DNA of 64,000 nt from an uncultured Candidatus Saccharibacteria bacterium. GTDB lineage: Bacteria; Patescibacteriota; Minisyncoccia; UBA6257; GWB1-50-10. The notes under the pieces are model-generated. The model searched no databases. It had not been told where the DNA came from and saw only the letters and a program-made list of their open reading frames with translations. The translations under genes were made by a program, and so were the position numbers. Shown piece by piece: positions 38,163-48,500 of this stretch; the first letter of the stretch is position 1, and every line of letters begins with the position of its first letter. The DNA is taken from assembly GCA_964466475.1 (NCBI GenBank), contig CAYXNB010000001.1, forward strand, positions 44,635 to 108,634. The letters run 5' to 3'.

Positions 38163-38758
38163 ATTTCTTTTTCCCATTCGGCAACCCACTCCTTTCCCGC
38201 CATGACCGCGTCCAATTCCACGCCCAGGTCCCGAAGGGCTTTTCTGTACGGAACAATGTCTTTCCCCCGTCCCCATCGGTCCGGGGACACAAGACAGATT
38301 TTCCATTCCGGCAATATACCTACCACTTCTTCATTCAACGGCAGAGACGAGATGGTGTCAATCCAGAGCCAGTCCGCCCTTCCCTTGTATCGCTCCGCGA
38401 GATGGTAACACTCTTCTTCGCTCAGCCGCACCGCGATCTCGCGCGCACCCTCGCGAGTCGCGCGATACAAGTACGGAAACTCCACGTCAAGCAAAAAATA
38501 ATTATTTGGCGGAATGCCATACTTCTCGGCGAGATTCCTGCACCCCTCTTCGATTCCTGCTTCTTTTATATTGAATATGATGAAGGCGTGTTTATATTCG
38601 CGAAGATAATCATCAAGGTACTCTCCGCGCCCGGGATCGTGGTTTAGATAGAGGCGATCGCTCCCCGGATCGTGACGCACGTCAACCTCTACCCCGTATC
38701 GCGCGGGGATTCTTTGCAGTTCATTCCTGGTATTTACCCGATGGATGATAATAATCAT
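38159..38758 (-). CDS. Small glycerophosphodiester-phosphodiesterase-like (GP-PDE/PLC-like TIM barrel) protein
   Basis: IIIIHRVNTRNELQ...VEVDVRHDPGSDRLYLNHD follows the GP-PDE H-R...E...E-x-D-x-R...HD catalytic pattern; only 199 aa. Confidence 0.4.
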   Translation of the reverse strand: MIIIIHRVNTRNELQRIPARYGVEVDVRHDPGSDRLYLNHDPGRGEYLDDYLREYKHAFIIFNIKEAGIEEGCRNLAEKYGIPPNNYFLLDVEFPYLYRATREGAREIAVRLSEEECYHLAERYKGRADWLWIDTISSLPLNEEVVGILPEWKICLVSPDRWGRGKDIVPYRKALRDLGVELDAVMAGKEWVAEWEKEI

Positions 38759-38763
38759 TTCTC

Positions 38764-39549
38764 CTACTCCTCAATTCTTTCACGGAACGATTCTTTTAGC
38801 ATTCGCACGAGCGACCCCTCCTCGATTCCCAGAAGTTCCTCAAATTCTTTTTGTTCCATTTCCGTTGCCTTAAGCTGCACCTCGTCCAAGGGCTTCCCCT
38901 CGAATTTTTCTCTAAACAAATCCATAAACTCCCTGTTGTACCCGCGCTTCCCGGCCTCCAGAATTCTTGCCCGAAAGTCGCTTATTTCCGACCCTCCGAC
39001 CACGTGGTCAGCAAGATGAATTATTTTTTCCCCGATCGGGCGATTTTTCAAGTACTCCTCGCTCGCCTCTTCCGGCGTATTCGCGGAGGTAAGGCGTACC
39101 ACGTCTTCGGGCACCCCGAGCCGGCGCAGTGCCTCCTCGTCTTTTTCTCCGGACTCCTTATATCCGCGCCGCACTCCCCATCCGCGCATCAGAAGCACCT
39201 CCCATTTCTTCATCCAGTCGTGCAATATCGCGGCGCTCGTTATTTTTTGTCTTTCTTCTTCCGGTAACGCAAGGCGTTCTCCCAAAATATCCGCCACGAC
39301 TCCCACCATAAGCGTGTGCTCTCCGGCCACTTTCCAGTCGTCATCCGTTATCATCCAGGGCACCGCGTCCTCTTTGCTTTTCTTTACCCTTCTTCCCCCG
39401 CGAACTATCGTGCGCTCTCCCCATATTCCGCCTTTTTCCAGAATATTTTTTTCCCGCGGATGACTCTCCGCGAAACGTTCCAAATACGCCCTTCTTTTTT
39501 CCGGGTCTATATGTATCTCTTCGGGTTGTGTTTGTTTTTCAAAATTCAT
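38764..39549 (-). CDS. HD-domain phosphohydrolase-like protein
   Basis: AAILHDWMK and IHLADHVVG consistent with H...HD...H...D metal-dependent phosphohydrolase. Confidence 0.4.
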   Translation of the reverse strand: MNFEKQTQPEEIHIDPEKRRAYLERFAESHPREKNILEKGGIWGERTIVRGGRRVKKSKEDAVPWMITDDDWKVAGEHTLMVGVVADILGERLALPEEERQKITSAAILHDWMKKWEVLLMRGWGVRRGYKESGEKDEEALRRLGVPEDVVRLTSANTPEEASEEYLKNRPIGEKIIHLADHVVGGSEISDFRARILEAGKRGYNREFMDLFREKFEGKPLDEVQLKATEMEQKEFEELLGIEEGSLVRMLKESFRERIEE

Positions 39550-40349
39550 TGTTTTTTCTTTTTATCTTCCCCGCGAAGACGGCTGTTTACCTCATGCGCA
39601 ACCTCGATGAGGCGCAGCCGCATGTTTAATTCTTTTGCCCTTTGCGCGATTGCCTGCGTGTCTTTTGGAAAACAAAATCCGCCATAACCGCGATAACCAT
39701 CATCGTGCACGTCCCAGTGGCTGCTCCCTATTCTCGGGTCATGCACCAGACATTTTTTTACTGCGTCATAATTCGCATCGCCCAGCGCTTCGCAAAGATC
39801 ATATATTTCGTTCGCGAAAACGACTCGCGTCGCGAGATACGAATTTATCCAATATTTCAAAACCTCGGCTTCGGTTGAGGTTGTGATTTCCGAAAAATCC
39901 GCTTTTGGCAAAAGTTCCAAAATTTTCGGCGCGACTTTTTTTCCTTTTTCGCTTGCGTATCCGACCACCTGAATACTGGGATGTAAAAAATCCTCTTTCG
40001 CGGTTTTCGCGCGGAGAAATTCCGGATTGAAGAGAATGACCTTTTTCGGGCACATCTCCTGGAATTTTTTGGTGGAACCCGGGACGATGGTGGATTTTAT
40101 AACCGCGATTTTTCCGTCCTCGATGTTTGCCAAGGACTCCCTGACCGCGGAGTCGTCATACCCCCTGCCGTCCTCGTGGAACGGAGTGGGGACCGCGATA
40201 AAAATTATGTCCGCCCTGTTTACCTCCTCTACAGAGCCGATTTTTTTGAATTTGTCGTAGGCGAAGACATCCGCCCCATGCGATTCGAACCATTCTTTTA
40301 TAGGAGTGCCCACATATCCCAGGCCGATTATTCCGATTTTTTCTTTCAT
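39546..40349 (-). CDS. Truncated (mini) UDP-glucose/GDP-mannose dehydrogenase family protein lacking the C-terminal UDP-binding domain
   Basis: MKEKIGIIGLGYVG, KSTIVPGST, catalytic GGFCFPKD; ends about 30 aa after the catalytic Cys (267 aa vs about 390-450 normal); ATGA-coupled to UXS gene. Confidence 0.65.
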   Translation of the reverse strand: MKEKIGIIGLGYVGTPIKEWFESHGADVFAYDKFKKIGSVEEVNRADIIFIAVPTPFHEDGRGYDDSAVRESLANIEDGKIAVIKSTIVPGSTKKFQEMCPKKVILFNPEFLRAKTAKEDFLHPSIQVVGYASEKGKKVAPKILELLPKADFSEITTSTEAEVLKYWINSYLATRVVFANEIYDLCEALGDANYDAVKKCLVHDPRIGSSHWDVHDDGYRGYGGFCFPKDTQAIAQRAKELNMRLRLIEVAHEVNSRLRGEDKKKKQ

Positions 40350-41293
40350 GGTACTGCTTTGAAATATTGTATGGTGCGCATAAGACCCTCCTCAAGCAGA
40401 ACTTTCGGTTCCCACTTCAAATGTTTTTTTGCCTCGGTTATGTCCGGACGGCGGCGGCTCGGATCGTTTTCCGGCAGTTTTGTGTGTATGATTTTGCTTT
40501 TACTCCCGGTGAGCTGAATAATAATCTCCGCGAGCCGTTGGATCGTATGCTCTTCGCCCGGATTCCCCAAGTTTATGGGGCCTGTCCCCCCATGCCGCAT
40601 CATGCGGCACATGCCCTCCACCAGATCGTCCACATATTGAAAACTTCTGGTATGCGATCCATTCCCATAGATCGTGATGTTTTCTCCCCGGAGCGCCTGG
40701 TTGACGAAATTTGAGATCACCCTGCCGTCGTCCGGGCACATGCGCGGCCCGTATGTATTAAAAATGCGGATTACTTTTACATCCACGTTCCGCTCGCGGA
40801 AATAGTCAAAGCACAAAGTTTCGGCCGCGCGTTTGCCTTCGTCGTAGCACGCGCGGGGGCCTGTGGGATTCACATTCCCCCAGTAGGTTTCTTTTTGCGG
40901 ATGCTCTTCGGGGTCGCCGTACACCTCGGAAGTCGAGGCCTGGAGAAGTTTTGCCTTCTTTTTTTGCGCGAGGTCAAGAAGATTTTTCGTGCCCAGTACA
41001 TTGGTACACAATGTGAAAACAGGATTTTTTTGATATTGCGGTGGCGAGGCGGGCGAGGCGAGGTTGTAAATCTCGTCTATATTTCCCGTAATCGCGAGGG
41101 GACGAATAATATCATGTTTCAGAAAGCGAAATCGCGGCTCCTTTTTCAGGTGTGCCATATTCTCCTTTCTGCCGGTTACAAAATTGTCCACGCAAAACAC
41201 TTCGTATCCGTCCCGTAGCAGGCGATCGGCGAGGTGCGAACCGATGAATCCCGCTCCGCCCGCTACCAGCGCTTTTTTATACCCCCTTTTCAT
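40346..41293 (-). CDS. UDP-glucuronate decarboxylase (UDP-xylose synthase, UXS/ArnA-decarboxylase family)
   Basis: ALVAGGAGFIGSHL, diagnostic VDNFVTGRKENM, Y-x3-K (YDEGKRAAE), 315 aa. Confidence 0.85.
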   Translation of the reverse strand: MKRGYKKALVAGGAGFIGSHLADRLLRDGYEVFCVDNFVTGRKENMAHLKKEPRFRFLKHDIIRPLAITGNIDEIYNLASPASPPQYQKNPVFTLCTNVLGTKNLLDLAQKKKAKLLQASTSEVYGDPEEHPQKETYWGNVNPTGPRACYDEGKRAAETLCFDYFRERNVDVKVIRIFNTYGPRMCPDDGRVISNFVNQALRGENITIYGNGSHTRSFQYVDDLVEGMCRMMRHGGTGPINLGNPGEEHTIQRLAEIIIQLTGSKSKIIHTKLPENDPSRRRPDITEAKKHLKWEPKVLLEEGLMRTIQYFKAVP

Positions 41294-41897
41294 CGTCGTA
41301 TATTTTCTTTAATTCGATGACCCGCACATCATTCGGCCAATAACGGAGCGTCTTGTCCGAGAATTCCAAAATTTTTTTCCCGTCCTCTTTTACCCTGTAG
41401 AGGTCAAGCATTCCGTAGAGCGCGGGCGGAAGTTTCGGGGCGATATCCAAGACTTTTTTGTAGTACGCTTCCGATTTTTCAAAGTATCCATCTTTTCGGA
41501 ATTGCAGCCACAGGAAATGGTGCAGACGCGCGAGGTTGACTAGGTGCAGAACGTCTTCCTGGTCGGAATACCCTTCGATAAAAGTCACGAGATCCATAGA
41601 TACCTCTTCCGGCTGGATACCTTTCGATACCAGCGTGATAATGTCTCCCTGAATGAACTTTACTATCTCGTCATCGGATATCGGGGCGTTAAAATCCAAG
41701 ACGCGCCTGAAATTCTCTTTAAAGGCGGGTGCGCTCTGCACGCTTCGCGCCCCTTGGAGCGCCTCGATGTATCGCCTCGCCTTTTGGAGCGGCAGGTACG
41801 CCCCGAAGTAGAGTGAGAGGACGCAGAGAATGATCCCGCATGCACCTGCCGTGTATTTAAACGCGTTTTTCATGATGTTCCTTTCCATACGCAACAT
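41277..41897 (-). CDS. Hypothetical membrane-anchored protein
   Basis: Single N-terminal TM (GACGIILCVLSLYFGAY) then soluble domain; no motif. Confidence 0.35.
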   Translation of the reverse strand: MLRMERNIMKNAFKYTAGACGIILCVLSLYFGAYLPLQKARRYIEALQGARSVQSAPAFKENFRRVLDFNAPISDDEIVKFIQGDIITLVSKGIQPEEVSMDLVTFIEGYSDQEDVLHLVNLARLHHFLWLQFRKDGYFEKSEAYYKKVLDIAPKLPPALYGMLDLYRVKEDGKKILEFSDKTLRYWPNDVRVIELKKIYDDEKGV

Positions 41898-43191
41898 ACC
41901 AGCCGAAGGCGAGCATAATGAATATATTGATATAGATCACGAGCACGTCGAAAAGCACCAGCCCCTGAACCAGGTACGCCGCGGGCAGGGCAAAAATCGC
42001 CCCCATAACCCCGGAAGGCAGGTTTAGAAATTTTCGTTTTTTCCACAATCCCCAGTAGAATGCCGCAAACATGGAAACATAACTTACAAGACCGATCACG
42101 CCTCCGGCAACCAGATAATCAAAAAACACGTTGTGCGCCCTGTCAAACCACGCTCCGAATCCTTCTTCCGGTTTAAAATACGCGGGATTGAAGTTCTTTT
42201 GAAACAGGTATCCGAAATTTTCAGGCCCCCAACCCAGTACGGGCCGCTCCTTGAAACTTTCCCATGCAATACCCCACATGATGGTCCGGTGTTCAAAGGT
42301 CTCTGCCGTGAACGAAATGTCAAATATCCTCGATCCCGGTATCCGCCGCACGAACTCGTTTTCCCGAAAAGTCACCAAAAGGACTCCCGTGATCGCAAGT
42401 GCCGCTCCCACACCTATCGCCCACTTTCTCCATGACCTGTTCGATAGCGCCACGTAGGCGAGCATTATAAACGCTCCGGCCCCGAGCCCCAAAAACGCCC
42501 CACGGGTCGCGGCAAGCAAAAATGCTGCTCCAAAGACCGCGAGCATGCACCAGATAACGAGCGCTCCCGGAGATCTCCAAAGATGCCGCCGATACAGGGT
42601 AAAGAGAAGGTAGAATCCGTAAAACGCCGAAAAAATGAGGTACGCTGCCACATAGGCCGGATTCCCAATGGAGCCCTGGAATCGGAAGGCGGGGTCTTCG
42701 AACGTAGGCCCTATGAATCCGTTGTACCCCGCGCCCGCGCCCAGACCATAGAGCAGCATCAGGATCGCGCTCCAAAGCCCCACCCAAAAAAATTTTCTCC
42801 AGTGCTCTTCTTTGGTAAAAAGCGCTATGAGCAGAAAAAAGAAAATCCCCAGATGGATTATCTGGAGCGCCCCTTCGCCCCGCTCGAAATTTGACCAAAA
42901 CGCGACGACGCGGTTTCTCGCGAATGCGGCGGAGAGGGTGAAAAAAAATACGAACGAAGCAACCGCAAGGGTGAGCGGCTTTTTCCATGCTTCCGCGATT
43001 CTTTTTTTATCCTCTTCTTTGTTTTTTTCAAACAGAAGCCCGAGGATGAAAAAAATCAGGGAAATATCCATAATGCCCCTGAACCAAACGTATTTCCCCA
43101 CTATAAAGGGAAAGAGCGTGCTCTTGGTTACGATCGCTATCGTTACCGGCGCAAGGTAAAGAAAGAGGCGGGATATGGAGAAATACGGCAT
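41857..43191 (-). CDS. Wzy_C-family membrane protein (O-antigen ligase / O-oligosaccharyltransferase-like)
   Basis: 12 TM; ATRGAFLGLGAG and periplasmic loop with RAHNVFFDYLVAGGVIG typical of Wzy_C (WaaL/PglL/PilO family). Confidence 0.75.
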   Translation of the reverse strand: MPYFSISRLFLYLAPVTIAIVTKSTLFPFIVGKYVWFRGIMDISLIFFILGLLFEKNKEEDKKRIAEAWKKPLTLAVASFVFFFTLSAAFARNRVVAFWSNFERGEGALQIIHLGIFFFLLIALFTKEEHWRKFFWVGLWSAILMLLYGLGAGAGYNGFIGPTFEDPAFRFQGSIGNPAYVAAYLIFSAFYGFYLLFTLYRRHLWRSPGALVIWCMLAVFGAAFLLAATRGAFLGLGAGAFIMLAYVALSNRSWRKWAIGVGAALAITGVLLVTFRENEFVRRIPGSRIFDISFTAETFEHRTIMWGIAWESFKERPVLGWGPENFGYLFQKNFNPAYFKPEEGFGAWFDRAHNVFFDYLVAGGVIGLVSYVSMFAAFYWGLWKKRKFLNLPSGVMGAIFALPAAYLVQGLVLFDVLVIYINIFIMLAFGWYVAYGKEHHEKRV

Positions 43192-43223
43192 AGCGCCATC
43201 ATATCACAGGTTGCTACGACCTG

Positions 43224-45479
43224 CTACCGCGCGCCCTTTTGGGCCGTCCTGATTTTTTCAATAATTTCCCATTCCCCTTTTTCTGCAAGATCGGCCAGAA
43301 CCTTCATGTCTTCTTCCAGTCCCTCCACCCGCGCCCCCAGGTCGTTCGCTATCAAAACCGCATTTTTTGAATCCCTGGTTTTCAAGGCGTGGCGAAGCGC
43401 CCGCTCCAGATATTCTATTCGCGTAAAAGCGATCCTCCGGTTGATGCCCCGAACAACCAGATCAGTAACCTTGTCGTCCATGCCCCAGGCCGCGTACAAG
43501 AGGGCTATGTTGTGAAAATCCGATCCCAGAAACGTCTTCCATTCCGGATCGAGTTCTTCGGCGCGAGCAAGCTCTTTTTTCGCGTCTTTTTCCTGTTCTT
43601 CGTTCCCTATGGAGAGCATGAGCGCAAGATGATAGTGGGCGCGCGCGACCTCCGGGGAGAGGGCTACGGCTTCCCGCGCTACCCGGACGGATTCCTCCAC
43701 CCTTCCCTGCCCTCCCAGGGCAAAGGCGAGCTGGTAGAGAAGCTCCTGGCGTCTGGGCGCGAGTTCGAGCGCCTGGCGCGAGAGCGCTTCGGTGATCTTG
43801 TAAATTTCCTCGTGCTCGCGCGCCTGGATATGCGCGGCCTCGATGAAGCGTATAAAATTTCGTACGTCCCCCGGCTCCCGTTTTATCACCTCGTCAAGTC
43901 CCTGCACCAAGAAATTCGCCAAAGGCTTGTATGCAGGAGCCTCGAAAATTTCCGGCTGGGCCTTTTGATATATTTCTATCGTATGCGCCCGCAGGGATTT
44001 TTGTATAAAGTTATACGGTTGGTACGCTTTTTCGAGGCGACCCATAACTTCGTCCAGATTCCCCTCATTCCTTGCTCCCTCAAAGTTTCTTGCCTGGACG
44101 TAGGGCACGGCGTTATATATTACGAAAAGATACGCCGCCACTCCCGCCCCGAGAAGCGCCCCCGACCCCTTTGCCGCCGATATCTTTTTTTCCTCCTTCC
44201 CTTTCTCGGCCCGCGTGATGAAAACCAGATACCCCAGGAGCGCGAAAAGGGTGAGATAGGACAAAAACTGGTCAAACAGCACCAGGTTTTGCGTTATGTA
44301 TCCCGCGAGAAAAATCGAGAATACCTTCTTTTCATAGGTGCGTTTCCGCAAGCACCAGAGCGCCGATCCGAGAAGAAGAACGTAGGCAATAAGCCCCGCG
44401 ACACCCTGCTGAACAAGAAGGTCAAATATTTTATTGTGCGCCCGATCCAGCCACGTTTCGCCGTAGAGCGCCATGTCCGGATCATAGTGCCGAAGATAGG
44501 CGATCATGTAGTTTTCAATCCCCCAACCGAATACCGGCCGCTCCAAAAACGCCTTCCAGGAAAGTTTCCATGTCATAAGACGCATCTCTGTCGAGGAGTC
44601 CGCCCTGTCCTGAAGCGCGGTTTTCGCGAGTCGATCAAGTCCCGGCACTTTTTGCCACATTTCGTTTTCTTTTGTGTTCCAAAAAACAGCCGCAAAAACT
44701 ACGGACGCACCGAGAAGCATTAGGGATATTTTTTTCGACAGGCCCCGCCCCCGAACCGCGTTCCATATAAGAAAGACGGCTAGCGCCGCTCCCATGCCCA
44801 GAATCGCTCCGCGCGTACCCGAAAGAAATATCCCGACGGCTCCCAAAGGAAACGCTGCGAGAGACGCCCACCACCAGAATGTCTTTTGTTTCACCTCTTT
44901 CAAAAGTATGCCTGCGAACGCCATCAAAAACATAAGATGTGCGGCGAAAAACGCCGCGTTTCCTATAAAAGAATCTATTCGCTGTTTTGGTCCGAGGGCG
45001 AACGGAAAACGCTCCACTCCGGCGAATTGTAAAAATCCGTACAGCATAAGGACCAACCCTCCTCCGATCCATATTTTCAGATATGTTATCCAGTCCTCTT
45101 TTTTAAAGACCAGGGCAGTAAGCGCGAAAAGGGCCCCGTAGTGCAGCATGCCGACCAGCCCTTCGGCGCGCTCAATATTCCCCCACAGAGCGCGATAGGT
45201 GTCCACAGCAAACACCGCACTTATGGCAAGCGTTAAAAAAAATATCCCCGCGGATATTACGATCGGATGAAAGAAAAATTCCTTTTTGCCCTCTTCCTCC
45301 GTCTTTTCCCCGCGCGCCCACTTCCAAAAAATCTCCGCGGCATAGGCCACGACCGCGAGTTCCACCAATGCCCGAAAAAATACCATCTTGCCAAAAAGCG
45401 CGGGGGCTATCGCTTCTTTAGTAATCACAAGCGGGGTGAGCGCTGTGGCAAGGAGGAGGTATTTCGTTATCCGCATCAT
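43224..45479 (-). CDS. Wzy_C-family membrane domain fused to C-terminal TPR repeats
   Basis: GTRGAILGMGAA Wzy_C motif; C-terminal about 300 aa TPR-like (ALELAPRRQELLYQLAFALGG...); start moved to MMRITKYLL because a terminator hairpin overlaps the track start. Confidence 0.7.
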   Translation of the reverse strand: MMRITKYLLLATALTPLVITKEAIAPALFGKMVFFRALVELAVVAYAAEIFWKWARGEKTEEEGKKEFFFHPIVISAGIFFLTLAISAVFAVDTYRALWGNIERAEGLVGMLHYGALFALTALVFKKEDWITYLKIWIGGGLVLMLYGFLQFAGVERFPFALGPKQRIDSFIGNAAFFAAHLMFLMAFAGILLKEVKQKTFWWWASLAAFPLGAVGIFLSGTRGAILGMGAALAVFLIWNAVRGRGLSKKISLMLLGASVVFAAVFWNTKENEMWQKVPGLDRLAKTALQDRADSSTEMRLMTWKLSWKAFLERPVFGWGIENYMIAYLRHYDPDMALYGETWLDRAHNKIFDLLVQQGVAGLIAYVLLLGSALWCLRKRTYEKKVFSIFLAGYITQNLVLFDQFLSYLTLFALLGYLVFITRAEKGKEEKKISAAKGSGALLGAGVAAYLFVIYNAVPYVQARNFEGARNEGNLDEVMGRLEKAYQPYNFIQKSLRAHTIEIYQKAQPEIFEAPAYKPLANFLVQGLDEVIKREPGDVRNFIRFIEAAHIQAREHEEIYKITEALSRQALELAPRRQELLYQLAFALGGQGRVEESVRVAREAVALSPEVARAHYHLALMLSIGNEEQEKDAKKELARAEELDPEWKTFLGSDFHNIALLYAAWGMDDKVTDLVVRGINRRIAFTRIEYLERALRHALKTRDSKNAVLIANDLGARVEGLEEDMKVLADLAEKGEWEIIEKIRTAQKGAR

Positions 45480-45520
45480 ATGCCCTATTCTGCCAGGTTT
45501 TTTGTTTATCCTCAAGAAAT

Positions 45521-45548
45521 CCAAAAACCGCCCGAAGGCGGTTTTTGG
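45521..45548. terminator. Bidirectional rho-independent terminator hairpin (CCAAAAACCGCC-CGAA-GGCGGTTTTTGG)
   Basis: Perfect 12-bp stem with A/T-run flanks immediately downstream of the surface-protein gene stop (45588). Confidence 0.6.
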
Positions 45549-45587
45549 TTACGTTCGAGAACGCTTGTCGTTCTACGCCACCATTCC

Positions 45588-48500
45588 TTACTTGGAAACG
45601 GTCTTGTAGGCCGACGGCAGATCCTTCACGTAGTATCCGTTGAACCAGTCCGCGGTCGTTTCCGAATGCGCTGTATCGGTAACCGAATGATCGGACCAGA
45701 TGAATGACGGCTGTCCGTCGTGTGTCGAGGTTTCCGCCCCGTTCACTGTGGTTGCCGTTATTACTGCGGATTCCGTCAGGAAGAGACGGACTGAAGCGTT
45801 CGGGCTCGCACCCGCCGCGGTTGAAAGATCCGCGAACGGCAGCGCGACTTCATACGTCTTCGAAGATCCCGCCGCGATTTCTTCCGCGGTCGTAAGAATG
45901 ATCGTTACGTATCCGGAGTTTCCTCCAGTGATGGTCGCGTTTTGCGCCGTTGTGGACGCTACCGCGTTGCCGCTGATCGCCGAAGCGATATCCAGGTTCG
46001 AGCTTACGGACGGAGCGATTCTCTTGATCGTAATCGTTCCGGTCGTGCCCGGTACCGAGCTCAATGACGACATTGTGGCGTCTGTCATTGCCACGTTCAA
46101 CTGGATCTTCTTCCAGGAAATCTGCTCTGCCGAATCCGCGTCGATCTTGAAGGCGAATACCGGTTGAGCGTTTCCTGACCGGAGATTGTACGACTGAGTC
46201 GGCAAGCTGATTGTCGGCTTGGTCTTGTACACAACCTTCCGGTTGCCGGTCGCGGCCGTGATGGACGTATCCTTCGCGGTCGCGCCCTGCGAATCGAATC
46301 CTGCGGCCATGACGCTTACGAACACGGTTTCTCCGGAGTCAGCCCCTCCCGAATTGGTGTTCAAGGCACCTTTTACGGTCAAGGTCTTTGATCCGTTCTT
46401 CGGAACCTTCCAGCCGAGGTCGTCAACGAAGACCACGCCGGAATTGTCTCCGGAACCGGTTACCGGATATCCGTCCGCGGTGCCGATCTGCGTCGCCCCG
46501 TCATAGAGCTTCACTCTCGGCACTTCGTCCGCCGCGCCGGTTGATGTCGCTGTCGCGGAAGAGGACGTTACGACAAGAAGCTGCATGTCGTTTACCGTCA
46601 TTTCTTCGTTGGTCGCGCTAAACCGGAATTTGGCGAGCGTCTGTTCGCGTCCCGCGATCACGATGCCGGCTTCCGAGTCCTCGTCATCCGGAGCTTTCGC
46701 CACGGTGATGCTGCCCACGTCGGCAACCGTTACCACTACGCTTGCCGTGGTGGTGTTGATGCCGGAGGGGCCGCTGATCGTGGCGGAGTTTCCGTCAACG
46801 TCGGTCGCGGTAATGTAGGTTGAGTTGGAGTTTACCAATCCGAACCTCCATGTGTCGCCGTTTGTCGCGTTCGCGTCAATGTTACCCTTCAGGGTCAGCA
46901 CCTTGGTTTCACCCTTTTTCAAGGTGATGTTCAGGTTGCTGAAGGTTGTCGAAAGATCCGTGTCAAGCGACTTGGTGTCGGAAACACGGGTTTCTCCGTC
47001 ATAGAGGGCCAGGGACTGCACCTCTCCCGTTCCCAGAGTTCCGCTGCCCGCGGTCGAAGTCGTCTTGATGGACGTAATCTTCACGTCTCCGCCGGTTGCC
47101 CGGAAGGAGAAGCCCACGAGCGGAACTTTCTGAGTTCCCCGAACGTATGTCTGCGATGTCGGAGTCGAGGCAAGCTGCACGGTTACGGTCGGTACCCGCG
47201 TGTCCTGCACGTTTCCGGCGATCGTCGAGTTCGGGACGATGTCCGAGGTCGCGACGTTGGTGTTGTTGTCCAGGTTCTTAATATCTCCCGACACAAAGGC
47301 AAGGAGAGAAACCAGGATGTCGTCACCATCGTCGTTGTCCGCGTCCACGTCAACCGTTACCTTGAACCGGCGCGACTCTCCGGCAGCCATGTTGATGACG
47401 TCGGTGAATGTCACGTCAGTCGAGATTGTTACGTCCGTTGCGGAGGTTACAACCGCGTTCTTTTCCACATCCCAGACCTTCATATCCATAAACCCTTCTC
47501 CGGATTCAAGTCCGGTTGTGGTCGCGTGGAAGCGAAGGTTCTTGATCTCGACTTCGTTCTGGGACGCGAGTGTGAAGTCAAACACGGTCTGATCCTGTCC
47601 GCGGAGCGAGACGTCTCCCGCGATCGGGCCGTTGAAGGTGATGGTCACCTGTCCGCCCGAGATCGTAAGAGTGTCCGCATCCCCGTCGGCATCCAATCCG
47701 CCAATGGTCGGCAACACGGGATACCCGTACTGCTTTCCGATCGCGCGGATGTCGGACGAGGTGTCGAAGCGAATGATGATAGTATCGTTCGCCCGCGCCT
47801 TTCCGCTGATATCACCGTAGATCTTAAAGGTCCTTTGCTGACCCTTTTCGATCGTGTACGGCTTTGAAAGGACAAAAGTGATAAGATCTTTTGTTCCGAT
47901 CGAATCCGCGGTTCCGATGGTTTCGTCGTTTACCTTCAGTTTGAAGTTCGAAAGATGTTCATTCTGAATGGTTCCGGTTTCAACCACCGCGATTTTTTCA
48001 ATGATTACGTCTTCCGTTGAGGAGGCCGTAAAAATGATTTCCTGCAACAGGGCTTCTTTTTGCCCGATACGGGGGTTTGCCGGAGCAGCTCCCGAGGTCG
48101 GATCAAGTCCTCCCACGGTCTGTCCCGCTATTTCCATGAGGTTCCCCGTAACGCCGGTTATGGTCGGCGCCGCCGGTGTTCCTTCCCCGGAAACCAACTT
48201 CATGTAATTCCTGTTTCCGGTCGTTGATCCTGCCGCGATATCCGCGATCAGGGTCAAGGTCTTCACCTCGTTGTTCAAGGTGAGTTTCAAACCGGGGAAG
48301 CTTACCTCGTGCGTGGTGGAGTTCAGCGTCTTACCGCTGGTAAGCCGCGTGTCTCCCTGCATCAGGTTAAAGCTTCCGGAAACAAAGTCGGTTGTCGCAC
48401 CGATACCTTCTCTCTTGAAGACAAGGGAGTCCAAGGTTCCGGTGCCTGCGACGTTAAACTTCAAGAATTTAACGCCGCTCGCGCCTTTCGGCACCGCTCC

